Shown piece after piece: positions 1 through 11,765 of a DNA stretch of 64,000 nucleotides (its first letter is position 1; each line of letters opens with the position of its first letter). The DNA lies in NCBI RefSeq assembly GCF_009914755.1, contig NC_060925.1. One strand, given 5' to 3'. This DNA is from the human T2T-CHM13v2.0 reference genome, Homo sapiens. Position numbers and translations under genes: made by a program. The notes below the pieces were generated by a model, which was not told the DNA's origin, did not search any database, and worked only from the letters and a program-made list of their open reading frames with translations.

Positions 1-498
1 ATATATACCCAAAGGATTATGAATCATGCTACTATAAAGACACATACACACATATGTTTATTGCGGCACTATTCACAATAGCAAAGACTTGGAACCAATC
101 CAAATGTCCATCACTGATAGACTGGAAATGTGGCACATATACACCATGGAATACTGTGCAGCCATAAAAACGGATGAGTTCATGTCCTTTGCAGGGACAT
201 GGATGAAGCTGGAAACCATCATTCTCAGCAAACTATTACAAGGACAGAAAACCAAACACCACATGTTCTCACTCATACATGGGAATTGAACAATCAGAAC
301 ACTTGGACACAGGACAGGGAACATCATGCACTGGGGCCTGTTGGGGGGGTGAGGGCCTGGGGGAGGGATAGCATTAGGAGAAATACTTAATGTAAGTGAT
401 GAGTTGATGGGTGCAGCAAACCAACATGGCACATGTATACCTATGTAACAAACCTGCACGTTGTACACATGTACCCTAGAACTTAAATTAAAAAAAAA
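1..498 (+). mobile_element. L1PA (approx. L1PA5-7) 3' end: ORF2 C-terminus, 3'UTR and A tail; continues off the window
   Basis: Matches the L1PA 3' sequence (aaagacacatacaca...MWHIYTMEY...gtaccctagaacttaaa), G-rich 3'UTR, A tail at ~490-498. Confidence 0.95.
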
Positions 499-984
499 TT
501 AAACTCAAACTACAGGGCAGTAAATGTCACGTTAGCTGTTTAAGTAATTGCATTTAATGTCAAATTAAATGATTCTACTCAATTATTTGCATCAAAAAAT
601 ATCTCCGGTGATCTTTAAAGAAAAGCCTTATGATTCTACTGTCAGAGATCCTATCTATAGCAACAGTTGGGATGCAAATGGTCAGGATCTAGTGCTAACT
701 GACTTACAGTTCCAAAGAAGGGGGTCAAAGCACAGCCTGATTAATGCTTAATAACTAGATTTCTGTCCAGAATTCTAGTTAACCCTGTGAGGATGGCTTC
801 ACTATCTGCTTGAAAGAGGTCATGGCCCACCTTGGAAAAAGTGGCATAAAGAAGGGAACCAGATCCAAAGTGTGGTGACTTTTAGTCAGTCCACCCTGTT
901 CTTATATTTTAAAAAATAGTATTTGAATGACCAGCTTTTTTTCATTTATCAGTATATTGTAATTTTTTTGTGCTAAAAATACTT

Positions 985-1810
985 TTCTACAACATAATGT
1001 TTAATGGATGTTCAGTATTCATCATGTAAAAATGTACCAGAATTTTCTTATCTTTTATTACTGAATGTTTTAGTGGTTTTCCAATTTTTTAATATTGTAA
1101 ACAATACTACATCTAACATTCCCATGCACATGTCTGAAGCCATCTATCAGGCTGAGTTATTCTTTTTTTTTAAATTATACTTTAAGTTCTAGGGTGCATG
1201 TGCACAACGTGCAAGTTTGTTACATATGTATACATGTGCCGTGTTGGTTTGCTGCACCCATTAACTCGTCATTTACATTAGGCATTTCTCCTAATGTTAT
1301 CCATTCTCCATCCTCCCACCCCACAACAGGCCCCAGTGGGTGATGTTCTCCTACCTGTGTCCAAGTGTTCTCGTTCAATTCCCACCTATGAGTGAGAGCA
1401 TGCGGTGTTTGGTTTTCTGTCCTTGTAATAGTTTGCTAAGAATGATGGTTTCCAGCTTCATCCATGTCCCTACAAAGGACATGAAATTATCCTTTTTATG
1501 GCTGCATAGTATTCCATGGTGTATATGTGCCACATTTTCTTAATCCAGTCTATCATTGATGGACATTTGGGTTGGTTCCAAGTCTTTGCTATCATGAATA
1601 GTGCCACAATAGACATACTTGTGCATGTGTCTTTCTTAGGATAAATTTCTAGAAATGCCATTGTTGGGTGAAAATGTGTGAAGAGTTTTTTCAAGGCTTT
1701 GATAGATACATTAAGACTTGATACATTATAGAGCTATTTTGCAAAAATATTGTAACAATGCATCTATCTTACCAATGACAGTGTAAGAGAGTAAGACTTT
1801 GCATTCACAT
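985..1810 (-). mobile_element. Old L1ME-type fragment, split by the L1PA at 1165-1632
   Basis: Degenerate L1M 3' motifs (ttaatggatgttcagtattc...aacattcccatgcacatg / taggataaatttctagaaatgccattgttggg) continue across the insertion. Confidence 0.7.
1165..1632 (-). mobile_element. 5'-truncated L1PA (approx. L1PA5-6)
   Basis: Poly-T then aattatactttaagttctagggtgcatgtgcacaacgtg; probable 5-bp TSD ttctt (1160-1164/1633-1637). Confidence 0.95.
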
Positions 1811-3114
1811 ATCTCGAATGGAAAGCATTATAAGTTCAGAGTATTATTCAGCACGCCAGAGAGAGCCATTGAGGAACAGCAGACTGTTTTGAGAGAGATG
1901 TGTAGGTAGAAGGCACATCTGCCTGATAGGTTTGTCAGAATAAGGCCTTGTAGTGATAGCCTATGTAAACAACTTCCCAAAAGCTTTTTACTGATGTCAA
2001 AAGCCTGACCTGTCATTGAATTTTGCTACTTAGGCAGTGCATATGGTATATGATCAGACCTAAAAGAACAGAATGGTGAAGGTTTGGGTGTCTTTTGGGA
2101 AGCTGATAGAATATGGTGCAATATGAGTTCAAGCCTGATTCAAATTCTGTATCTGGAATGCAGTTTTAATGTCCTTTGTTTTAGAAGGATGGTCACAGAC
2201 AGTATTTTCTAGTCAGGCATGAATACATTATTATCATTTTATGTCAGTAAATTTGATGGCATGATTATTTTCTATCCTATTGTATTCTTTATGAAAGGTT
2301 AAGAAGCAAGGTCATATAGTATAATAAAAACCAAGGAATACTGTTAGTGAAGGCCAGGAAAGATAAAGAACAAAAGAGCTGGTATATTTTGTTAGGTAAT
2401 TAAACTAATTAGTTTTTAATAATGACTAGAATTTGTACATATTGCTTAGAAAGAATTTAATTCATAAAAATTTAATTGCTTTGAATATTTTAAATCTCTT
2501 ATGAAGCCCATGATTTAAAATTCATTGAAATCTTACTGTCTAGGGAAGATACTACAATGTGACATGTTATAAATAAGTCAAAAATTTAAACAAAATGTTC
2601 ATTTCAGATTCTTTGAAAACAAGTAATGATTCCCTTTAGTAACTGGCTCATGTCTTTTCTAGGAAATACAAAGTGAAAAACTACAAACATGATGTACCAA
2701 CTGAAGGTAGATATAAAATTGAACTGGCAGAAAGAAAAGGAATTTTTTAAAGGCACAGAGCACGTCCTACATTTTGTGTCTAACAGCACTGGGAATATAT
2801 GGTACATTGCTATTATAACTAGGCCATATCTCTGTCTAGTTTCCCGGGATGAGGCTACCATCTCCTTTGATAATGTCTACTTCCCTGTAGTGTGGTTGTG
2901 TTTGCTTTGTTGATATTCAAGTCATGTGAGGAGCCCTAGTTGTAATTGAATCTGGGAAGTCCAAAATCTCTGGCTGATTTTTTCTCCCCAGTTACCAATT
3001 TTTAGCCTAATAGAAAGCACCTTTGCCAGACTGGGGCACTGGTGATTTAACTTCTTTTCTTCACACAGAACATGTATCATCTCATGGGCTAGATGAGATG
3101 CCTAAAGTACTGTA

Positions 3115-3790
3115 TTCATTCAACAATCTGATTTAATAGTATCTTAGGGGTACCTACTGAGTGCTTGAGGATCTATAAAGAAAAGCATTCAAGCTACTTT
3201 TATTATAAAAGGAGAAGAAAAGTCCACAGATAACTATAATGCAGAATGCTATGGCTGATGTAAGAGAAGAAACATGAAATACTGTAACAAAATTTAAAGG
3301 AAAGAGAGATCATATATGTATATTTTTTGGAAGACCTCAAAGACATCATGGAGGAGGTGGCATTTGAGGTGTGCGTTAACAGATAAATAGTATTTTGACA
3401 GGTGCAGATGTAGCCTTATAGCTAAGAGAACAGGTTGAGTAAAGGTACAGCACCATAAAGACATGACAGACTTGGAGAACAGAAAATCCTAAAATTCTAT
3501 AGAAATATGGAGAGGTAGTGAGTATAATGTCAGAAAACGCATCTGCGATGAGAGGATATCACTTAATTGAGTAGGGAATGCAGTGGTGGTAGAGGTGAGG
3601 ACTGACAGGAGATGTTAGTAAGATCTTGAGCCATGGAATGATATGATCAGAGTCTAAACATAACCAGAAGACTCTGGTTTGAATGTCTTGGATTGCTTAG
3701 AGGAGAGAGAGGCTGAATGGGTTGGGGGGACAAGAACGGAGGCTACAGTCACAACTCAGTAGACTGACCAGAAGGCATGAGCATGGGGGT
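3115..3790 (-). mobile_element. L2 fragment
   Basis: ttcattcaac start and catggaggaggtggcatttgag, typical antisense L2 3' region. Confidence 0.65.
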
Positions 3791-3797
3791 GGTGGTG

Positions 3798-4307
3798 TGT
3801 ATCCATTTGGAGTCCTAGTTGTGAGCAGTAGAGCATCTCTGGTTAGTCTTCACTGAAAGATAAGTATTGGAAGGATTGGTGGGATAGCTGGAGAAACATT
3901 TATGGCAAAAAGAGTGCAGAGGAGGGGAGTGAGCTAGAACCACAGTCAAGGAGAACCTACATGAATAGTCTGGTTAGAGTCTTGCTGCTGGCTCTCGTCA
4001 GTGGACATGACTTTGACATACTGATTTTACTGTTGTGTATACTTTCTAAACTCTTCCTACATGTTTATATCCTTTCCTTAAGTTTCCAAGACCCAGGTAG
4101 AAGAACCCTACTGATTGAGTTTTGTTCCCAGGTACCAGAGGGCTGGAAGAGAGAGGCTCCCTGACTTTGGGTTCCAGAATGGGAGGTGTTGCACTGTACC
4201 TCCTCATTGAGCACTCTATGAAAAGGAGGGCTTGGGTGCTGGGAGTTCGAAAAGAACAAAGGCCAGTGTTCCCTGGACTCTATGTCTCTGACTACTTAAG
4301 AGACACA
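3798..4307 (-). mobile_element. Ancient MaLR-like LTR (MLT1K/L/M type); probable 3' LTR of the adjacent internal region
   Basis: tgtatcc...gagtcctagttgtgagcagtagag...tattggaaggat resembles the reverse-complement MLT1K/L end; PPT-like agagaaggga (reverse complement of 4308-4317) directly upstream on minus. Confidence 0.55.
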
Positions 4308-4689
4308 TCCCTTCTCTACACTTATACTGAAAAAGAAAATATATGGAATATTGCTCAAACAGCAAAGAAGGTATTCACTCCCTCTTCAGTGGGAATTAAC
4401 CCAAAGCTTTGTCAGATTTTGCATCTGAGTCAGTATCCGTGAGAAATGCTCATTTTTCTTCTGGGTGTGTCTTCGTCCCATCTCAATATTCTGTCATCTC
4501 TGAACTAATTTTTAAAGCTGACCATCACCAATAAAACTTATGTACAATAATGGGAAAGAGGAGAGAAAGAGAAGAGAAAGTTTGTGCAGCTGATCGAGAG
4601 GCCGTTTAGAATTTATGATTCGCTTCCTCCACAGTCTTTTTGATAAACCTTTGCTTCAGGTGTTTGGGGATCAGAATGATTCCAATCCT

Positions 4690-4760
4690 ATTTGTTTTTT
4701 CACTGTTATATTCTAAATGCCTATTATAGGGCCTGACACAGAGTAGGTGAATTAATTTTT
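4690..4760 (+). mobile_element. Short L2 3' end fragment
   Basis: ttcactgttatattctaaatgccta...gcctgacacagagtaggtg. Confidence 0.5.
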
Positions 4761-5480
4761 TCGCAGGACATATCTATAAAAGGAGAGTTCTAAAAGTGAT
4801 AATCTGGCTTCCACTCACTCTCTTTCTCAGGAAGTAGCTGCCAGCCTATTCTTTTTGCTGGTTAGAAATACTTACTAGCTCCCTAACACCATTTCCTTCA
4901 TTTTTACTCACTGGCCTGAGATACCTGAAATAGTCTGATTCCAATTCAGTGTAAACACTGTTATATTCCATAAATTTGTTTCTATGTCAGAGCATTTGCA
5001 GAATCTTGCATAGTAGCTGTCCAACCTTGCAAATGTTGTGTCCTTTTGGGTACTGTCACCAAGTCTCTAAAAGGCAAATCCATCATTATATAATATCTGC
5101 TGCATCTGGATGTTGTGGAATGTGATGACACCAGTAAATCCCTTGGCTACCAACTTATTGCCTTACTCCTTCTACTATAAAATGGGATTATGATTCAGGT
5201 GAAATAGTTGGTATATTTAGAAAACAGCTGGCAGGGCAGCAGAAGTAGGTAGACTGGGAGGTACGAGTAACTTGATCAAGCAGCTTCCTTGTGTCTTCAG
5301 AACTTGCTCGGACCCAGCTGACTGTACATCATTTGCATCTGAAGATAAATATGCCAGAATTTATGGCTGGGTGGATCAGAGACCACCAGGCCATATACAC
5401 AGCTCAGGGCCCGTGGTCACTTGTGTCCTATCATAAGTCATTTACTCTGAACCTGGGCTCAATAGCAAGACATAAGTTTC

Positions 5481-5807
5481 CTTTTTTTAATTTTTAATTT
5501 TATTGTTAGCTCTGGGGTACGTGTACAGGATGTGCAGGTTTGTTACATAGGTAAATGTGTGCCATGGTAGCTTGCTGCCCCTATCCACCCATCACCTCGG
5601 TATTAAGCCCAGCATGCATTAGCTATTTTTCATAATACTCTCCCTCTCCCTACCCCACCCCCTACAGGGCCTAGGGTGTGTTTTTCCCCTCCCTGTGTCC
5701 ATGTGTGCTCATTGTTTAGCTCCCACTTATAAGTGAGAACATGTGGTGTTCGGTTTTCTGTTCCTGCGTTAGTTTGCTGAGGATAATGGCTTCCAGCTTC
5801 ATCCATG
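5481..5807 (-). mobile_element. 5'-truncated L1PA (approx. L1PA8-10) inserted in the ERV pol
   Basis: L1PA 3'UTR; perfect 16-bp TSD gcaagacataagtttc (5465-5480/5808-5823). Confidence 0.95.
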
Positions 5808-8800
5808 GCAAGACATAAGTTTCTAAACAGGGCTTTCCTCTAGAACCCAATGGGCCTCATCTAGAGGGGTTTGTTATGGTCTTGGTGCAATATGCTGATC
5901 TGCTTGAGACTCTTTGACTTCTCTGCACCTTTGGGTCATAAAGTTGATGGCAGAACTCCTGGCTCTACTGGTGGGCTCTGCTGTCTACCCAGTCAGAGAA
6001 GGTTTTCTTGCTGTTGGGCTTACTAAAGGTTAGGGGCTGTCAGGCCACTTGGTAAATGTGCCAGAGCATCCCTCAAACCTGACTTATTTTGCTTTCCACA
6101 TTCAAAGAAATCGAGAATGTATTGTGTCTATTTTATTGGTGGAGGGAAAAACTTGTTCTTTACTTCAGAGGAATATCCAATACACCTGAAGCCACTGGAA
6201 CTGTGACTTTTCTTCTTCACTGAGTTACCAGGCCTCTTTATTCTCATGGGATCTATCCCAAATTCTCTGGCATGCATTTCTCTTTTTCTAAGGCATCTAG
6301 AGTATGGCTACTTCCTGCTTTCCAGGTCCTGCCAGCATGAGATGATATCATTGAGGTAGTGAACCAGTATGAATGTAAGGTGGTCAATGTCAATGAATGT
6401 AAGGTGGTCAATAGTTGTGACATAGAGCAGAGAATTGATCTATGTAATTCTGGGGCAAGATTGTTAAGGTTTGCTGCTGTCTTGCCAAATGCCAGAAATT
6501 TACTTGCATTGTCTATATATCGGGATGCCAAAGAAGAACCTCCCAGATTAAGAACTGAATCCCAGGTGCCAGACCTAAATTGCTTTGCTCCTATAATGAA
6601 GACAACCTATAAAACAGGTGCCCTTGTTTGTAACCACTCAACTTTCTGTTTCTAAGACCTATCTATCTTCTGCACTGGCCAAAATGAAAGAGTTAAGTAG
6701 GTGATATGTCTGTTTACCATCGTTTATCTTTTAAATTTTTGATGATGATGTTAATCTCTGCAATTTCCCCCAGAGGAGTGTTTGGTTTTTAGTTTTTAAA
6801 GTCTTGAATTTACTGTTTTGGTAAGAAGGAGGAAGAACAGACTTCTACTTGGCCTTTTCTTCCATCTTCTCTTGTATCGCCTTGGGCTAGTGAGCCAATG
6901 CAGAGAGCCAGCCTTCTAATTCCTCAGGATACCCAATTCAACTATCGGTTCATGGTTGGGAGAAACAACTTCAGACTGTGTTAGGAAATTTACTGGAGTT
7001 ACCATGTGTGAGCTCCATTTATTGTTTGCCCCATCAGATGTCTGTCTACCTGGTTTGAAACATTTTTCATTAAAAAATCAAATAGAGTCTCAGTAACCTG
7101 CGCGTATATTCTGTCCTAAAGACTTCCTGGTCCCTGCCAAAAAACTGAACCATTTTGATTTCTTGCCTTGGCTGTTATAAAAGCAACCCTACTTTGCTGC
7201 TGGAGATTAAGGCCTTTGCCAGAATCCTTCAGATCCAATTGAAATCAGAAAGCCCGTTTCAATACAGTATTGTGCAATAGAATACCTTGCTTATGCAGAT
7301 CAGCCACTAAAGAACTTTTTGTACATATTGGCACTGCCCTGAAAGGATGTAGTGCAGAGAGTATCCTCTGGAGCACTTTGGGGCACATGGTCTGGGAGTG
7401 AGTGGGGATGGTCACATCATAAACATACTTCAGTCTTCTTATCTACTAAAGTCTCCAGAATCCATTCACTACATTACACTGAAGAATTTCTGGTATTTCA
7501 TCTTTGCTTAGTGTAATCCAACACAGAGCCAAGATTTCTGTGAACCAGCAAGGACACTCTTAAAATCACTCTCAGCTATTTGAGAGGGACATCAAATCCA
7601 GAATTTATGCGAAGAGTTTCCTTAATGATCAATTTAGGCCTGATCTAAAGCAATATTTTAATACTTTAAAATACATTCTTGTATATATTCTATAGAGTTT
7701 TCTCAACATAGTAAGCGGTAACATTCTACAATGTTTTCAGTATGTAATCATTTGCTCTTGGGTTTGGCTTTTTTGTTGGCCCCTTGGGGCATGTTTGAAT
7801 CTGACTGTAGTATTGGACTGGTGACAATGAGAGGTGTGTGTGTTTGTGTGTGTGCACTTCCATGCATATGTGCCTGACTGTACCCACATGTGTGCTAGGG
7901 ATGGAACGTAATGAAAATTAGCTTCATCTTTATAGGTAACTCTCCAAGGCAAGGAAGCTATTTAAAAAATATATCCCCCATATGACTATCCACTTTGGGT
8001 TTGCAGATTGATATGTAAACTGCAGAGATAAAAAATAATGACCATTCAGAAAATGTTGCCAAATGGTTGAGGGCTGATTTCCCAAGGGATTCATTACCAT
8101 AAAATCACTTTTCCAGACTAAGGGAGATTTCCCTGGATCAAAGGGGTTAGATTTGACTGGGTTAGAATCAGTCTTTTACCTTCTAAATCAAAATCAAGAC
8201 CCACGTAATTCCACTGAGACCTTGCTTTGAATCTGATAGTCCTTATGATCAAAGATTTCCTTCTGCTTTGTATAGCCTTGGGTTTTTTTCCTTCGTTAAA
8301 GCATCTGATCTTCCCAAAGATCCGATGTATTTGTTTATCACAGATAATAGCGTATTAGACTTAAACAAGAACTTGATTTTCTATATGCTCTTGAGCGTAC
8401 AGCCATATAACTGCAAATTTGAATTGACATGGAATTTAGTGAGCTTGTTTAAAAGTAGAATCAGAAGCTCTTGTATGTCATTTATTACGGTGCTTATTTT
8501 ACATAAAAAATCAATTTGAACTGTATGAGTATAATAAATCTGACATATTTCTGTAGTAAAAAATATAACAGATGATTAAAAAATTCAGACACGAACACAT
8601 CCTATAAATGTTTGACGAAATATAATTTATTTTGCCCAAATACCCATTTGTATGGAAATCTGTGGACATTTGCAAAAGAACCCACTTCTTTTGGCTCCTG
8701 CTGAGCTTCTGATGATGCCAAGTCATTTCTCTTACCCATGACCTTGGGCTGATACTACTTGGAAGAATGTTATTTACTTAAGAAAGAAAGAACAATATTA

Positions 8801-11509
8801 GCCACTTGAATTCAAAATTCTTCTATATTAAATTTTTCTTGTTTTTATGAAGACATCGTTAAAACAACTATAAAACACTGTGAAAAGAATGTTTCACCTC
8901 CAATTTTAACTCCTTGACAGAGTAGCTATTTTTATTTTCTCTTGTGTTTCTTTCATTTTTCAAACAATCAGGATATGCTTATGGCTTCTTGGGGAGCCCA
9001 AATTTCTTAGGCATTTACTAGGCTTTTCATCTGTTTGATTTCTTTTTAAAAATAGATTCATGGGGTACACAAGCAGGTTTGTTACATGAGTATATTGCGT
9101 AATGCTGAGGTTTGGGTTTCTAGTGAATGCATCACCAACTAGTGAAAGTAGTACCCCATTGATAGTTTTTTAGCCCTTGCTCCTCCCTGCCTTCCTCTCC
9201 TCTTTTGGAGTCTCCAGTGTGTATTATTTCCGTCTTTATGCCCATGTGTACTCATTGTTTAGCTCCCACTTATAAGTGAGAACATGTGGTATTTGATTAC
9301 CTGTTTCTGAGTTACTTGATTTAGGATAATGACATCCAATTGTATCCACATTGTAGTGAAGGACATGATTTCATTCTTTTTATGTCTGTGTAGTATTCCA
9401 TGGTGTCTATATACCCCATTTTCTTTATTCAGTCCACCATTATCAACACTTAAGTTGATTCTTTGACTTTGCCATTGTGAATAGCACTGTGATAAACATA
9501 CAATTGCAGGGGTGTTTTTGATAAAGTGATTACTTTTCCTTCGGATAGATACCTAGTCATGAGATTGCTGGGTCAAATGATACTTCTGTTTTTAGTTATT
9601 TGAGAAATCTCCATGTCATTTTCCACAGGGGTTGAACTAATTTACATAGTCACTAACAGTGTATAAGCATTCCCTGTTCTCCAAATCCTCACCAATATCT
9701 GTTATTTTTTGATTTTTTAAAATAATAATCATTCTGGATGGTATGAGATGGTAACTCATTGTGGTTTAAATTTGCATTTCTCTGACCGTTAGTGACATTT
9801 AGCATGTTTTTCATGTATTTGTTGACCACTTGTGTGTCTTTTCTTTTTATCTCCACTGCTTGAATTAGCAGTGTGTGTCTTCTTTTGAGAAGTGTCTGTT
9901 CATATCCTTTGCCCACTTTTTAATGGAGTTACTTGTTTTTATCTTGTTGATTTATTCTAGTTCCTTATAGATTCTGGATATTAGACCTCTGCCAGATGCA
10001 TAACTTGCAAATATTTTCTCCCATACTGTAGGTTGTCCATTTACTCTGTTGATTGTTTCTTCGCTGTGCAGGAGCACTTTCATTTAATTAAGTCCCATTT
10101 GTCTATTTTCGGTTTTGTTGCATTTGCTTTTGAGGTCTCAGTCAAAAATTATTTGCCTAGGCCAATGTCCAGAAGAGTTTTCCCTAAGTTTTCTTCTAAG
10201 ATTTCTGTAGTTTCAGATGTTACATTTAGGTCTTTAATCTATCTAGAGTTAACTTTTGATATGGTGAGAGATATGGCTAGCCAGTTTTCCCTGCCCAATT
10301 TATTGGATAGGGAGTCCTTTCCTCATTGTCTATTTTTATTGACTTTGTTAAAGATCAGTTGGTTGTAGGTATGTAGCTTTATTTGTGTATTCTCTATTTA
10401 GTTCCACTGATCTATGTGTCTATTTTTGTACCAGTACCATGATGTTTTGGTTACTATAGACTTATAGTATAGTTTGAAGTTGGGTAATGGGATGCTTCTA
10501 GCTTTGTACTTTGTGCTTAGGATTGCTTGGGCTATTTGGGCTCTTTTTTGGTTTCATATGACTTTTAGAATTGTTTTTGTGAGTTCTGTGAAAAAAGACA
10601 TTGGCAATTTTATAGAAATTGCATTGAATCTGTAGATTGTTTTGGGCACTATGGTAATTTTAACAATATTGATTCTTCCAACATGTGAGCATGGAATGTT
10701 TTTCCATTTATTCATGCCATCTGTGATTTCTTTCATCAGTGTTTTGTAGTTCTCCTTGTAGAGATCTTTCACCTTGTTGGTTAGATATATTCCCAGATAT
10801 TTTGTTTTATTTTTCGGTATTGTAAGTGGGATTAAGTTCTTTATTTTGTTCTTAGCTTCAATGTTATTGGCATATAGAAATGCTACTGATTTTCATATGC
10901 TGATTTTGTATCCCTAAACTTCATAATGAAGTCTTTTGATTAGGTCTAGAAGTCTTTTGGAGGAATCATTAGGGTTGTATAGGTATAGGATCATGTCATC
11001 AGGAGACAGAGATAATCTGACTTATCCTTTTTCTATTTGGATGCCTTTTATTTCTTTCTCTTGCCTGATTGCTCTAGCTATGTCTTTCAGCACTGTGTTA
11101 AATAGGAATGGTGAGAGTGGACATCCTTGTCTTGTTTTAGTTCTTAGGTGGAATGCTCTCAACTTTTGCCCATTCTGTATGATGTTGGCTGTGGATTTGT
11201 CAGACACTCTTATTACTTTGAAGTATTTTCCTTCAATGCCTAGTTTGTTGAGGGCTTTTATTATGAAGGGATATTGGATTGTATCGAATGCTTTTCCCTT
11301 GTCTATTGAGATCATCACTTCATTTTTGTTTTTAATTCTGTTATGTGTTAAATTGCATTTATTGGTTTGCATATGTTGAACAATCCTTGCATCCCAGTAA
11401 TAAAGCTCACTTGATTGTGATGAATTATCTTTTTGATATGCTGCTGTATTTGGTTTACAAATATTTTGTTGAGGATTTTTGTGTCTATATTCTTCAGGCA
11501 TATTGACCT

Positions 11510-11599
11510 ATTTCCTTCCTTCCTTCCTTCCTCCCTCCCTCCCTCCCTCCCTCCCTCCCTCCCTTCTTCCTTTCTTTCTTTCTTTCTTTCTTTCTTTTC

Positions 11600-11650
<51 letters not shown>

Positions 11651-11765
11651 TGTTTCCTTTCTTTCTTTCCTTTCTTTCCTTTCCTCCTTTCCTCCTTTCT
11701 TCCTTTCTTCCTTTCTCTTTCTCTCCTCTCTCTCTCTCTTTTTTTCTCTCTTTCTTTCATCTTTC
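11510..11765. repeat. Compound (CCTT)n/(CCCT)n/(TTTC)n polypyrimidine microsatellite inside L1 ORF2
   Basis: Directly visible; explains the spurious K/E/R-rich and F/L/S-rich ORFs. Confidence 0.98.

Larger units (their letters stand above)
4308..7950 (-). pseudogene. Decayed ERV-L-type endogenous retrovirus internal region (gag-pro-pol relic)
   Basis: Manual minus-strand translation: gag KHAPRGQQKSQTQE (~7760-7800) and PDHVPQSAPEDT (~7360-7395); RT GEIAEINIIIKNLKD (~6730-6770), WPVQKID (~6660-6680), QQTLTILPQNYIDQFSALCHN (~6415-6480), LVHYLND (~6345-6367); tether SDPPSHK (~5358-5380); integrase WCHHIPQHPDAA and LQGWTATMQDSANAL (~4990-5133). Many stops and frameshifts. Confidence 0.85.

Noticed and set aside
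332-368. G-quadruplex-like G runs
   Set aside because: Standard feature of the L1 3'UTR
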